A stretch of DNA of 63,971 nt, counting the filler, from Reticulomyxa filosa (Eukaryota > Protista > Foraminifera), in assembly GCA_000512085.1 (NCBI GenBank). It is 20 parts of 20 records of this genome, joined end to end, with 100 filler letters (N's around TTAATTAATTAA, not from the genome) between each part and the next. Parts side by side here need not be neighbours in the genome. Positions count along the whole stretch, not along the records: positions 1 to 5,323 come from ASPP01023211.1; positions 5,424 to 9,423 come from ASPP01006310.1; positions 9,524 to 12,110 come from ASPP01004189.1; positions 12,211 to 13,962 come from ASPP01000423.1; 16 more parts are not named here. The stretch is one strand, 5' to 3'. The notes beneath the pieces are model-generated. The model was given only the letters and a program-made list of their open reading frames with translations. It ran no database searches and was not told the origin of the DNA. Of the stretch, positions 1 to 12,397 are shown one piece after another (within the stretch, counting starts at the first letter, position 1; every line of letters begins with the position of its first letter). Both the position numbers and the translations under genes were made by a program.

Positions 1-1425
1 GAACCACTAAGTTTTGATGAACCTAAATTTTGTGCTATCTTGTGTTTTTGTACATGTATGTTACTTTTCTGAGACCTAAAATTTTGTAAAAGTTTATATA
101 TCACATGCAATACGTCGTGTGACACACTAACACGTTATGTTTTTATATTCAACAAAAGGGTTTCCAAAAAGGGGTTAGTTGCGTTTTTTAAATTTTTTTT
201 TCTGTCATGTTTGTTCTTTTTCAACTCTTACAAGAAGAAGTTTGACGTTATTTGGGCTGTTTGCAAATGAAGAAGCGAAAACATTATCTAGCCAAGAATG
301 GCAGTATATATTGACATTATGACAAGCTACAAACAGTAACCAAACAAAATTATAAAATAAAAAACGAGAATCTCTTTCAAAGTAGTGCTAATTAAGGCAA
401 CATTTTGTATTATTTTTAAAGTTTTGGTCAAATTTGAAAAGATTTACTGATATTGATTGTTTTCTGCTTTACGCAACAAAGTAACAAAAAGTCAGAAAAA
501 AATTGACTTGCTGGAGAAACTGCACTAAACGACGATCAGTAACTTACTTCTATTTTGTCATTAACTGGGCAAATTTTGTAATGTTTTAATAGAAAAAGTA
601 CAAAATAATGTTAATCATTTCAACTTTTGTTGAGAAATTCGTTTGTTTATAGATCTTATCTGCTTAAAAAGATTTAAGTTTTTCAAAAGATTGACATTAA
701 AGTTTTCAGTGTTATTACCTCAACTACACTGTAAAAATGCAAATATTGTAATAAAATATCGATTTCTTGGTGGGAAAAAAATCTTTTTAAAAAGTGTTGA
801 TCATGTACTTATTTTTGGACATTGAAATTTTTAAAAATTTTGAACAAGATAATTTGTAAATATTTTGTTCAAAAGCAAAATAAAAATCAGGAAAAGATAT
901 AATTAGTTGAAAAACGTTGAGGAAAAATTATTTGAATAATACGTATACTTCTAATATTCTAATGATGAAGATGTCATGCTTTAACACCTTAAAGAGATAT
1001 TTTTTCATTGTCGATTCATTGTGTAATAATCTTTACAAAGTAAATCAAACTTGCAATTAACTGTTGTACTTATGGCAACCAACAAAAATGACACGTAAGA
1101 CTGTAGATACTCTCATATAATTTGAAAAGAAGCTGTTACAATGACATATGGCAAGTGTCGTCGACCTATTCAAAATTTCTCTTTTAAACTGGTAATTCTT
1201 TTAGTTGATTACAACAAAAATAGATTACGTTTTGTGAAATATTGCAACTCAAAAATTAATTCACGTGATGATTGTAATTTTTTTTTTTGAAACAGTTTTA
1301 ATATAAATTTGAGAAATCAACCAATGTACAAAAAATGGACTGTATTTTTCATAAGATTAAGTACAACATTGTTATGTTTTTTGATAACCTCTTTTTTAAT
1401 GTTACAAAAAAAAAGCACTCGATAA

Positions 1426-2468
1426 TTAAATCGTTTGATCAACTGAAGTGATAACAAGGTCTCGAATGCATGCTCTCTTGGGCAGTTTGTAAATGTACAA
1501 ACAAACATCAGCAATATCCTCAGGTAACAATGGACCGTTTGGCAGCGCCTGTGCCCAATCTTTGTATGCGTCATAGAGCTCTTTATTCCCTTTTCCTGCT
1601 TCCAGTATCTCGGTCTGTTTTTTTTTTTCAGAGTGAGTAGGCACATTAACTTGCAAAAGGCAATGTACAGATCATTTGCAAAAATGTTTGAATATGGTCA
1701 AACAAAAAAAAAAAGAAAAATAGGTTTAACTTGTACAAAGCCTGGGCAAATGGTTGTGACTTTGATACCACTTGTGGCAACTTCTGCTCGAAGACCTTCA
1801 CTAATGGCACTAACAGCAGACTTACTTGCACCATACACAGTCAGAGAGTCGTAGTGTCCTTTCGCGGTTAATGAAGAGATATTGATAATCGTCCCACGTT
1901 TTCTTTCTTTCATACCTTTCAATACGCATTTTATGCCATGCAATACGCCAAATACCTTATTTATTCAAAAGTACATAGCTGATAATAACATGGACAAAAA
2001 AAAAATACTTTTTTTTTAAAAAAAGAGATCACTAAACATTGACTTGCAACATTTTGTCAAATTCTTCCATTTTTTGTTCGTCCTTTTATTTTTGTTATCC
2101 TTAGTTTTTCATCTCCTGTGGATGCATTTGCAGAGTGTTCAAGTAGTAAAAAAAAATTATATACGTACCACGTTTCCACCAAAAAATACTCCTGCATTAT
2201 TGATTAAGCAGTCACATGGACCGTATGTCTTTTCTGCTTCTTCCAAAGCAGCGTGCATTTCGTCATACTTTGTCACGTCCACCTTTTTAATAAGGATATT
2301 TTTCAGTTTGCCAAATTCTTTTTCCATTTTTTCCACTCTGCGCGCCAGTAATAACAAAGGATACCCCTCTCTGTGAAAGTACTTTGCACAGGCTTCACCC
2401 ATGCCAGAAGAAGCGCCAGTAATAACCACCAACGGTTTTTCATGTTTTGTATCAGTTGCTTGGGCCAT
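1426..2468 (-). CDS. Classical NADP(H)-dependent short-chain dehydrogenase/reductase, 4 exons (2468-2169, 2082-2038, 1955-1731, 1614-1426), 252 aa
   Basis: Motifs VVITGASSGMG (TGxxxGxG), LARR, NNAG, INISS, YGASK (YxxxK) and ICPG. Three phase-0 GT-AG introns join the ORF pieces into one open frame ending at TAA 1428-1426. Confidence 0.92.
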
Positions 2469-3860
2469 AATTCAAAGAGATTTCTTTTATTTGGATTTAT
2501 GAAGGAATAAAGTGGATTGGAGGCAAGACTTTTTTGTTGGAGTTTTTCTTGTTGAAAACACCATTTTACAAAACATCAAACAAATTTGCCAAAAAAATAA
2601 CATAGTCAAACAGACGATAAATCAGTCATCATAAAAAAGTAAGCAATTTGACAAATAAGTGTGTTCGCGTCTTATCATATTTACAAACAACTTTTTGTAT
2701 TTTCATTAAAATATGCCATTCTGTTCATCAATTTTTGTTGTTGTTTATCTGTCACTCCAAAGGTTTAGAGTTAAACACAAAGCAATAATTAGTATGAAGA
2801 AAATATAGTAAATCACATCGTATGAATTAAATTGATTCTCAAGCTGGGTCAAAAAATCCTTTTCTTTTACAAATTCATTTTAATAATATACCATAAATTT
2901 CCAGCAGTTCTAGTATTCCTTACAAAACATTCACAACATTTGAAAAAATTATATTGAAATAATATAACTTATTTTCTCAAGTTGATTGACATTATTTACA
3001 ATTTTTTTATATTGCTGACAAATTTCAGAATAAAAAAATCAAATTAAATTTAACAAAAAAAAAGGCATTCGAACAGTTTGATGTATATATTGTCATTGAT
3101 CCAGTTGATAATATGAAATTTCTTCTTTGGTCGAGTTAGTGCTTTCTTGTACTGATCGGCTGTTTGACAGTTGTCAGGAAAGTAAAAAAAAAAACACTAA
3201 CATTATTATGTTCGGATGCTAGTCTATATTACTGTTGAACTTTTATCAAGCCACTAGCTTTTGAAGATTTAGATGATAAGATGTAAAGTATTCTTTTTTA
3301 AAATTCTTAACTCTATATTGCTATGTATGCAATGAAGTGATTTTTGGAATTGTTGCTTTGCTATTTGTTATGACACTGTTATTATACTAATGCAAAGCAC
3401 TTAACTTGAAAATTCCAAAAAAAGTCCAGCAGTCGCACAATTTTAGAAGCCGAATTTGCGTATGTAAAAAAAGGCTATGTTTGTTCATTTGTAAGAGATA
3501 TATCAATAAATAAGATGCCAAACAAATAACCAAATTATTCACAATTTAATGTTTTTTTTTAGTGAAATATGACTGTTGTTGATAGTTGTCTCCAAAAGAA
3601 GTATATTTTCCTTGACTTTGTTTTGGCAACTAAAAGAGCATCAATCCGCATGCAAACGATAAAAATGTAAGACAATTAACAACAGTATGAAGGAACAATC
3701 TCCACAAACTCGCTAAAAATAAAAAATCAGAACATGAACGCCCCCTAAAAAAAGTTTGATAACGTTTTTTTTAGAGCAAAAATCCTTAAAATAAGTTTTG
3801 ACTTTTAAAAAAGTAATCTTGTACCGAAATGGTTTGATTTGTTTTTGGTTTTGGCACAAG

Positions 3861-4952
3861 TTATTCTGTCCATTTTTTTCCGCAACTAGTACACGTGATA
3901 AATGTGGTCATTGGTTCATCTGCAGAAAGAATCTGTTGTTGATAATAATTGCACTTGTTGCTATTACATCGAGAGCACTATCAAAAAAACATTAAAAAAA
4001 AAAAAGAATTGACGCATTGTTTGACAAATAAATTCCAAAAAAATAAAAAAAAATAAAGTATGAAAAACTCGATATAAATCGGTCATTGACTGGGATTTAT
4101 GGATGTCAGAGCGTGCAGCTTGACTATTCCATTCTTTATTTTTTTGTCGGAGTGAGGATAGTTCCTCTCTTGCCAGTTGTTCATTTGTCATATCGCATAT
4201 TTGTTCAGCAGAGATATTTTGCGACAAAAGTTGGAACGCAAGTCTCTTATTTTGTCCCAAATTGAAATGGATGTCATAAAAACGGCTCCGATATTCGGAC
4301 ATGTCTTTGTATTTTTCAAACAAACAGGTTTCTATTTCCACCGCCAACTCGGTTTCATCACACTGGCTCTCACTTTTTTCCATTCCTTTTAATGCATTTA
4401 TCAATCGTTCCCTTGCCATATCTCGATGTTTAATCCCTTCATTTATTTATTTTTTTTTGTTGCTTTCAAAATTTGCAAATCAAGCAAATAACAAAAAATT
4501 ACCAGTTTGCCAAAGATTTTGTGAAGTGGATACGTAATTGTTTTTTTTTGTTTGCAAAGTGAATTCTCGGGTGTAGAGCCAGTTGTGTCAGTGTTGCAAT
4601 TGCTATTGTTATTGCTATTTCCATTGCTGTTGCTTTTGGTTTTATCAACTTTATTTTCTTCAATTGGACTGACATTGCCATGTTTTTGTTTTTGCACTTG
4701 CTTTTGTTTGGAGGAAATGCTGTCTTTCCATTTATCCACTAATTGCGTTGCTTTTGTTACAATGTCTGGTTTGTCTTTTTTCCCTTTTTTTAGTCCATTC
4801 ACCATTTTTCCTAGTCCTGTTGCTTGCAATAATCCTACTGTTATTTCCTCCTCGGATAATGCGTCTAAAATGTCAATTACGTCTTTGTTGTTATGATGTT
4901 TTATTGCCTGACTCAGTTCTTTTCCTAACTCTTGCACACGGACTGAAGTCAT
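3861..4952 (-). CDS. TCEA: Transcription elongation factor TFIIS (N-terminal domain, central domain, Zn ribbon), spliced
   Basis: N-domain VIDILDAL...LLQATGLGKMVNGLKK and central domain LAVEIETCLF...YRSRFYDIHFNL. The last exon 3977-3861 (not in the ORF track) reads CSRCNSNKCNYYQQQILSADEPMTTFITCTSCGKKWTE*. Confidence 0.93.
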
Positions 4953-5323
4953 TTCTTATCTCTTCGTCAAATCAATTATATACCGACACACAACAGTTGA
5001 ATGCACCAGTTATTGCAATTGTACGAGTTTATCAACAACTTTTAATTATTTAGGTTGACGTCCACTCAGCGTGAGTGATCCTCTTTTTTTTTTTTGAATA
5101 AAATTTGCGTTTGTTCTCTTTTCTGCACTTTGAGCATTATTAGTCTAAAATTGTATTTTTCATTTACCCTAGGTGGACAACCTCTCGTGAAATTAAAAGA
5201 AGGGAAAAGAATAGTGTATGAAACACTTAAAGAATTAGAACAAGAAAAGATTTAAAAAAAAGAATAAACATGATAAGCAAAAAAAAAAAAAAAATACTGC
5301 ATAAAATATTGAACTTTGGAGCC

Positions 5324-5423
5324 NNNNNNNNNNNNNNNNNNNNNNNNNNNNNNNNNNNNNNNNNNNNTTAATTAATTAANNNNNNNNNNNNNNNNNNNNN
5401 NNNNNNNNNNNNNNNNNNNNNNN
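5324..5423. other. Artificial contig-joining linker N44-TTAATTAATTAA-N44 (first of 19)
   Basis: Identical 100-bp blocks start at 5324, 9424, 12111, 13963, 15396, 22160, 24250, 30858, 32728, 35113, 36246, 39357, 41044, 42920, 46572, 48031, 58489, 59789 and 62850. The 12-mer gives stops in all six frames. Confidence 0.99.
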
Positions 5424-5459
5424 GTATATGTATATATATTATAATTTGAAATGAATACA

Positions 5460-7230
5460 GTCGCAAAGGGCGAGGGCCGTCTTCGCTCCTGGAAACAACG
5501 ATGCCGCGCTGAGCCAAATCGGAGTAAGTATTGCTTTCAATAATTTTGTTTGGACTTGAAGCAAACACACAATTAAATAATTAAATAAATAAATGAAAGA
5601 AACGCTTCACAGAGTACCGACGCATAATGAATGACTACGACACAAAGTATTTATCGTTCATCCCTTTGTGGTGGGGACTTCCAACGCAAATTGCATCGCT
5701 GTATTGCTCACTCAGTTTTGTAATGCATTTTTGAATCAATGAACAATGATGCTATTTGTTTTGTTTTGTGTATTTGTATAATGGCATGCTCTGCCTGATT
5801 TGACGTGTCATGTATAATCACATCAGTGGCCACACAGCTGGACGAACAGTTGACACAACACCCGGAAAGTCACACAGTGGTGGTGCAAGCGAAAGAGAAG
5901 GCGCGCGATTTCGAAAAGGAGTTGATGGATGACGCCATGAAGCGTCTGACGATGATCGAAATTGACGTGCGCAGCTGGGGCAAAGGCGACGCAGGTGACT
6001 CGTACTCGTGGATCAGAATCGATAACAAAGACAAGCGATTGCCCGGCAGAGGAATTGGCTGCGTTTGCGTCGATATTTACAACAAGACCATCACTCTGCA
6101 AAAGACCTTTGATACGCACGGAAAGAAGCTTGAAATGAATAAAGAATTTTCTGACTTTTTAAAGTTTAAATTTTATTTGCAAAAAAAAAAAAAAAAAAAA
6201 AAAATTAAAAAATTTAAATATAAACAATAATATATACATATACATGTATATATAGATCGATTAATGAACATTGGCTATTGATCATGTCCGTACAAGACGA
6301 AGTTGGAACACTCAGCACATCATGCGTGGAAAGTTTGGTAAAGTTGGGCGTCGCGAAGGAAAAGATCCCTTCCGATACCACCTCGTTTGTGTTCATTGGC
6401 AGGCCGTCAAGGTTGAAGTCGGACCCATACTATACCTGCGTGCGGTGTTCTCCGAAAATGGGACCTTGCAATGTCCGAAAGGTGATTGTGCCGTTCATTG
6501 CGTCGGAAGACTTGCGAGAAAAGGTGTCCGACACAACTTCGATTCCGTTTTACTCGGGTGTGTTGACGCAAATCCTGGACCGGCATTTGGAAATGTACGT
6601 CGGCGAAAGTGCAGAGACCGTGCAGGCCAATCTGGCGTCGGTGCCACAAAACGAAAACTTTGCAAAGTTGAAGTCAATGGACTGGCTCCAGATGCTCCAC
6701 AAGTCCACAGAGCCTTCCTCCGCCCATTTGAAGTCCATTCTCGACATCAGTGCGTCTACCAAAGAAGGGTTACAAAAAACGCTTGCCATTACCCGAGGAA
6801 AGCCTGTTGTTGAACTTGTCAAAGTTAATATATGTACATACATTATACACATATATACGTATACATTAATATCTAATTGACTTGATTGAAACAGAAATTT
6901 ACGTTGATATTAGAAGAATACGGAAAGGTGTTGGTGAAAATGGTCAGCGATGCTGGTGGGGATGCTTTGAAACAAGCGCTGACAGCGTCGTTTGATTTGG
7001 CTACCATGACCGAATCCAAGTCGGGCGCAGACAAGGGCTTGTCACTGTTCGAATCGAAATGGAACCCCAATGACCTGCAGTACTTGATTGTCTATGTATG
7101 CATGATTTTTAACACCTGTCGAAAAGTCCGAGAGTTGGTTCGAGAAATCAAATATAAAGCCCAAGAGGTAAAAACATATCAGAACTTTCTTTTCCTTCCC
7201 ATAATTCACATACTCATATAAAAAAACATT

Positions 7231-7272
<42 letters not shown>

Positions 7273-8549
7273 TAGGAGGTCGAAAGCAGATACAAAAATG
7301 CCATTAACGTAAAATCGCTGATGCTGCACTTTTTGTCCATCGAAGATGAACTGTTGCAAATCTTGCGCGCTTGCATCCTTGCAAAATGGGATTCGCTGCT
7401 CCAATTCCAAAACATCAAAGACTGGGATGAAAAAAAATTAGCACAGAAATCAATAGTCGCTTGGAAGTCTGGTTCGCCAATTGTCGCAAATTTTTGCCTC
7501 GTATCGTGTTCATATACCTTTTGAAACTGTTTGTCGCACATTTTTCAAGTCGATTTTTGCGAGGATTATATTTCTCACGGTATTAAGTTGATCTGTAATA
7601 TCTATTTTTTTTTTTTTTTTTTTTTCGTTCTAACATTGAGAAAAATATATATATATATATGTATACGTATATGTGCATATTTGTAAAGAGCATTTGCAGC
7701 TCAGACAGTGGTGCCATGTCCAGTGATCGCGTTTTTGCCATTGTTTGAACAAGGCGTGCTGCATCTCGTGTCGGATGCGTCCCCTTCCCAGTTGCGAATT
7801 TTGCAATCGAACATCAAAAGGGCACTTGTATTTCCTGGCCTGGTGGTAGATCTTGGATTGGCGTCCGCGGGCGAAAAGTATCAACTGCAGACTACAAAAA
7901 CCAGCACCGCTCCTCCGAGCACAACGTCAACCTTTTTCCGCTTTTTCAAGTCATCCAATCGACAGCCTCTCGAAGCTGGCAAGCTGGCCGACCAACTGGC
8001 ACAGCGTAAAAAAACGGACATTTCCAACACTCAGTTTGCAGTCAAAGTCATCGAATTTTATAACAACAAAGAGGTCAAATTTAATGCGCTGGATTTTATC
8101 CAAGATTATCAAACCGAATTCGTCGATTTTGATGATGATGATATGAATGTCGATTCGAAGACAGATGAGGATCAACAAACCACCGCCCCTTCAACAAGTA
8201 AAAACAAATATTTTTAAAAAAATAAATAAATAAACAGAGAGGAGGAGGGGGGGTCTTGTTTGAATGTTGTGTACAAATGTAATCTGTGTGGGGGGGGGGG
8301 GGCTGGCTTGTAGGTGGACTGTCAGCGCTCTCGTTTGGACTGACTGCAGCATCTGCGGGAATACGAAAATACGCTGTTATAAGACAGATTATGCTCATGC
8401 GTGGCTTTGATGAAATGGATCAACAAACTATTCAAATAATGTGCGAAGATTCTGAGCACCAAAAATCTCAAGGCCCAACATCACCAAAAGAAAAGGACAA
8501 CGAAAAAACTCAGGAAAACTCTGAAGCGACTCAAACACAACAAACATAA
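5460..8549 (+). CDS. 3' part of a large multi-exon protein with an ILEI/PANDER (GG)-like domain followed by a helical region
   Basis: GC-richer exons (ORFs 5805, 6278, 6886, 7321, 7708, 8286) are separated by AT/microsatellite introns. VRSWGKGDAG...GRGIGCVCVD...KTFDTH...LIMSVQDE...LVKLG...SFVFIG matches the ILEI pattern. The 5' end is cut by the contig edge. Confidence 0.6.
7232..7270. repeat. (TAA)n microsatellite, intronic
   Basis: About 13 TAA units immediately before an AG acceptor. Confidence 0.9.
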
Positions 8550-9523
8550 CAATTGTTTACAAAGTGTTTCAATTTAATTGATTGAATAATTTCGTAACTT
8601 TCGTGAAGGGGGAAAAGGGGCATAACCTTCAGACAAAAAAACGTTCTATTAATTAAAAGTAAGTTTGTTTTAGATATAAGCCTGAGAGGTTGTTGTTCGT
8701 TTCAACATTTTTGTATGATATGAATACCAATTTTTGAGGCAATTTTTCGTTTCGAACAAATTGTACTAACTTCTTGATATGTGTGGTAGTCGTTCTTTTT
8801 TTTTTTGACAACTACGTGGCTGGATTTTTTTTTGAAACTTTTTTTTCCAGCTGTTGTGATTGCAAATGATCTAAATTTGTGTATTGTATTTCTCTTTTAT
8901 CAGCCTCAACAAAAGTAATGTCGAGGATGAATGTTTTTCATTTTCTTCCTTTTTTTGCTATGGTCAGTTTTGGCCTTGCAAAAAAAATAAATAAATAATT
9001 TACGTTTAGAAGTTGATAATTTAGCTTATCTATTTTTGTCAACATTTCAATATAAGTTTCAAATGTTCAGGACATATCAATAGTACTGTTTTGTTCTTCT
9101 TTTTAAGTGACCGAAAAAAATTCTGTTACATTGCCTGCTATACACTCATTGGTGCATAATCTTTTACATTAGCAGAAATAGGGCATTTGAAACTAAGTCT
9201 AATTTTCTTTATGCGTATCCACAGTGAACGATATTTAGATTATTATATTTACATTTTTTTCAAAATGAAAACTAATTTTTGTTCTGACGACAAAATCGAG
9301 CAATACATTTCTAAAAAGATGTAAATCTTTGTCCAATTAAACGCATTTTCTCATACAAAAGCAGAATGAAAAGTATTTTCGAAAATGAATAACAGTCACA
9401 TGCTTATCTTTTAGTTTGGAAAANNNNNNNNNNNNNNNNNNNNNNNNNNNNNNNNNNNNNNNNNNNNTTAATTAATTAANNNNNNNNNNNNNNNNNNNNN
9501 NNNNNNNNNNNNNNNNNNNNNNN

Positions 9524-11433
9524 TCAATGTTCCATATTCGAATTGTATTATCTAAGGAGCAGGATACAATAAATGTACCGTCTGGAGAAAATTTTGCACA
9601 TGTTACACGACCAAAATGCCCTTTGAACTGTTTTAATGCTGCACCAGATTCTACATCCCACAGACTAATTGTTTTATCATTTGACGATGATACAATCATT
9701 TTACCATCTGATGAATATTTAGTACTCAATACAGCTTTTGAATGTCCCAATAATTGTTTAATTTCTATTCCAGAATGTACATCCCATAATCGTATTGTAT
9801 TATCTTGCAAACCTGACACAATATATTTTCCATCTGGAGAAAAGTTTACATCACATATATTGTTGAAATCTTTTTTGAATTTCATTATTTCAGTTCCTGT
9901 ATTGACATCCCATAATCGAATTGTTCCATCACCTGAGCATGAAACAACAGTATTTTCATTTGGTGAAAATCTTGCAGCAAAAACTCGATCAACATGTCCT
10001 CTGAAAGTTTGAAGTTGTTTTCCCGATGCAACAGCCCATATTCGAATAGTATTATCATCTGATGCGGAAACAATCTTGCGACCATCTGCAGAAAATCTTA
10101 CACTGTTCACTGTACCTTCATGTGCTTGTAAAATCATTAACAGTTCAAAACCTATTACCTATTTAAAAATATAAATTATATAACAATAACATTTATATAT
10201 TTAAAAGAATTATTACTTAACATATTTGATAATAATTTTGTTAAAATCATGGATCCATCCTAATTTTATCTTTAAAAATCGAATCCAATGTTGATTAACA
10301 AGTTCAATTTCATTTTTTGACTGTTGATAATTTGTTAGTCATTTTCATAAACAGAATTTTATATTTGATTATAAAGCAAGGATTATGAAAGCTTACCAAC
10401 TGTGGAGGATCCATCCATTCACTCACTTTTGTTTTTATGTGCATTGATGGATTATTTTCATCGTCATTACTTTCAATAATATGTATGTAAGTATTGTCTT
10501 CATTCAATATTCCAACATGGCATGGTAATTGAATAGGTAAAGTATGTTTAAATGTACTCCATTTTTTTTTTGTATTGAATACTTGCGCACTGCTTTTGAA
10601 ATAACATTTTTATAACCATTTCCACCAAAGAACAAGATGACGTCATTGACGTACACATATGCATGTGAATAAAATGGTACAATATCACGACAAACAGGTA
10701 TTTGATAAAATTTAAACGTGTTGTTATCTTCATTATATTCAATTGATAATCCTGCCTTCCACAAAACAACAGCATTTCATTATCTTTTTTCTCATTTTCT
10801 CTCATCATTTCTTGTCCATTTTCTGATCTTAATACAAAGCAATGAAAACACAAGTCAGCAGCAATTGATAAAGTATCGTGTTTAATAAATTGAAATATAC
10901 TTAAATCAAATACACTAATGCAACATGGTCTGTGAGTGATAAATAGTAAATGATTGTTGCTTCCACCAATCACTGCACGCGCTCCAAAACAATTCACGCT
11001 TCCACCAATCACTGCGCGCGCTCCAAAACAATCCACGCTTCCTCCAATATGAATTGGACGATTTTGGTTGTCTGTGAACGGAATCCATTGATTGTAATTG
11101 TTTAATTTACCTAATTCGTTGTCTTTATCATTTTCATTATTCCAAACACTTACATATCTCATCACCAATGCATGTTCAAAAACTCCACCAAAAGACAACA
11201 AAGTAGTTTCATTGCTGTCTTTGTTGTTATCTGTCAGTTTCACTATACAGTGTCCCCATATTCAATGGACACTCACAGATAAACTTGTATTCGTTTTTGA
11301 GTGTATGATAAGAATAACAAGCTCTTTTAAAAAAACCTCCACAAATGAGGAGTTCGTGTTTGTGTAGCACACATTGGGTTTGATGAAGTGGAATGGGCAA
11401 ATTCTTTAAATTTTGAAAGATTTGCTTACTCAT
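9524..11433 (-). pseudogene. Kelch-like propeller + cassette exon + WD40 repeat gene, frameshifted
   Basis: Kelch-like blades (LLICGG, LLSFGG, VILFFGG) are broken by frameshifts near 11250, 10760 and 10565. Exon 10320-10222 (QHWIRFLKIKLGWIHDF) follows, then an open WD40 exon from 10160 (GH...FSPDG...IRLWD) running to the contig edge. Confidence 0.8.
10962..11048. repeat. 39-bp in-frame tandem duplication inside the Kelch-like region
   Basis: The protein reads GGSVDCFGARAVI-GGSVNCFGARAVI-GGS. Confidence 0.9.
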
Positions 11434-12397
11434 GTTAGATTTTTTTAAAGGGGATGTGAAAAAAAAACGCCTTTTGAACAATAAAACTTAAGCTTTTTTC
11501 AAAAAGAGTTATTTCATTGTGACTTAATTTTAAAAGTGAATTTGACTTACAAAAATTGCTAAAACAACCACTTGGTAAAGTTCATCCTACTTTATTTATA
11601 ACATCAGTCGCATCCTAAATACATGAGTTACGTGTATAATCGTTTAAAAAATTACTTTGAAGAATAATATCGATAATTTGAAATTGGAGTTTGTCATCAA
11701 TATTTAAATTTGAAGACATTAAACAAATTTTGTCCAATAACATGCGATTATTGCCATTTATTAGAATTTCACAAAAAAGGTATTAATCTTGACTTAGCTC
11801 TATCACTGGGCTTTTTTCAAAAATCAAATAAATAAAAGATTCAAATTTTTAAAAAAGAAATAAATATCAAAACAACATTATGCTTATCTATTTACGGGCA
11901 AAAATTTGTCGCATGTAAATCTCTTAGATGCCATTATGGTGTGGTTTTGTTTTATTGCTCGTTCATATGTCCTATTCGTATTTGGAGATAATGTTTTTTA
12001 AACAAAAAAATTTATTAGTTTATATTTTTTTCCACCCGATTGCCATAATATAAGTCTTAAAAAAAATTCAAAACATAATGATTTTCGAGCAGTTGAAAAA
12101 TCGATAAAAANNNNNNNNNNNNNNNNNNNNNNNNNNNNNNNNNNNNNNNNNNNNTTAATTAATTAANNNNNNNNNNNNNNNNNNNNNNNNNNNNNNNNNN
12201 NNNNNNNNNNACTTTTCTTAAATAAAAGATTTCTTGTTATTTTATTTGTTATTAAGGAGTTACTTCGGTACTATTAAGGCAACTGAGATCGAAGTTTTAG
12301 AAGCACTGTCACCTCTCACACCGATGACGCCCCCGAAAATAAATTGCAAACCAAAAACGGGAATAAATTACACTTAACAGATATTGAATTTATGAAA

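Noticed and set aside
5368-5379. Recurring TTAATTAATTAA palindrome as a biological repeat
   Set aside because: It is always centred in 44+44 N and is an artificial six-frame-stop linker. Genes on either side are not neighbours, so no cross-contig cluster can be inferred.
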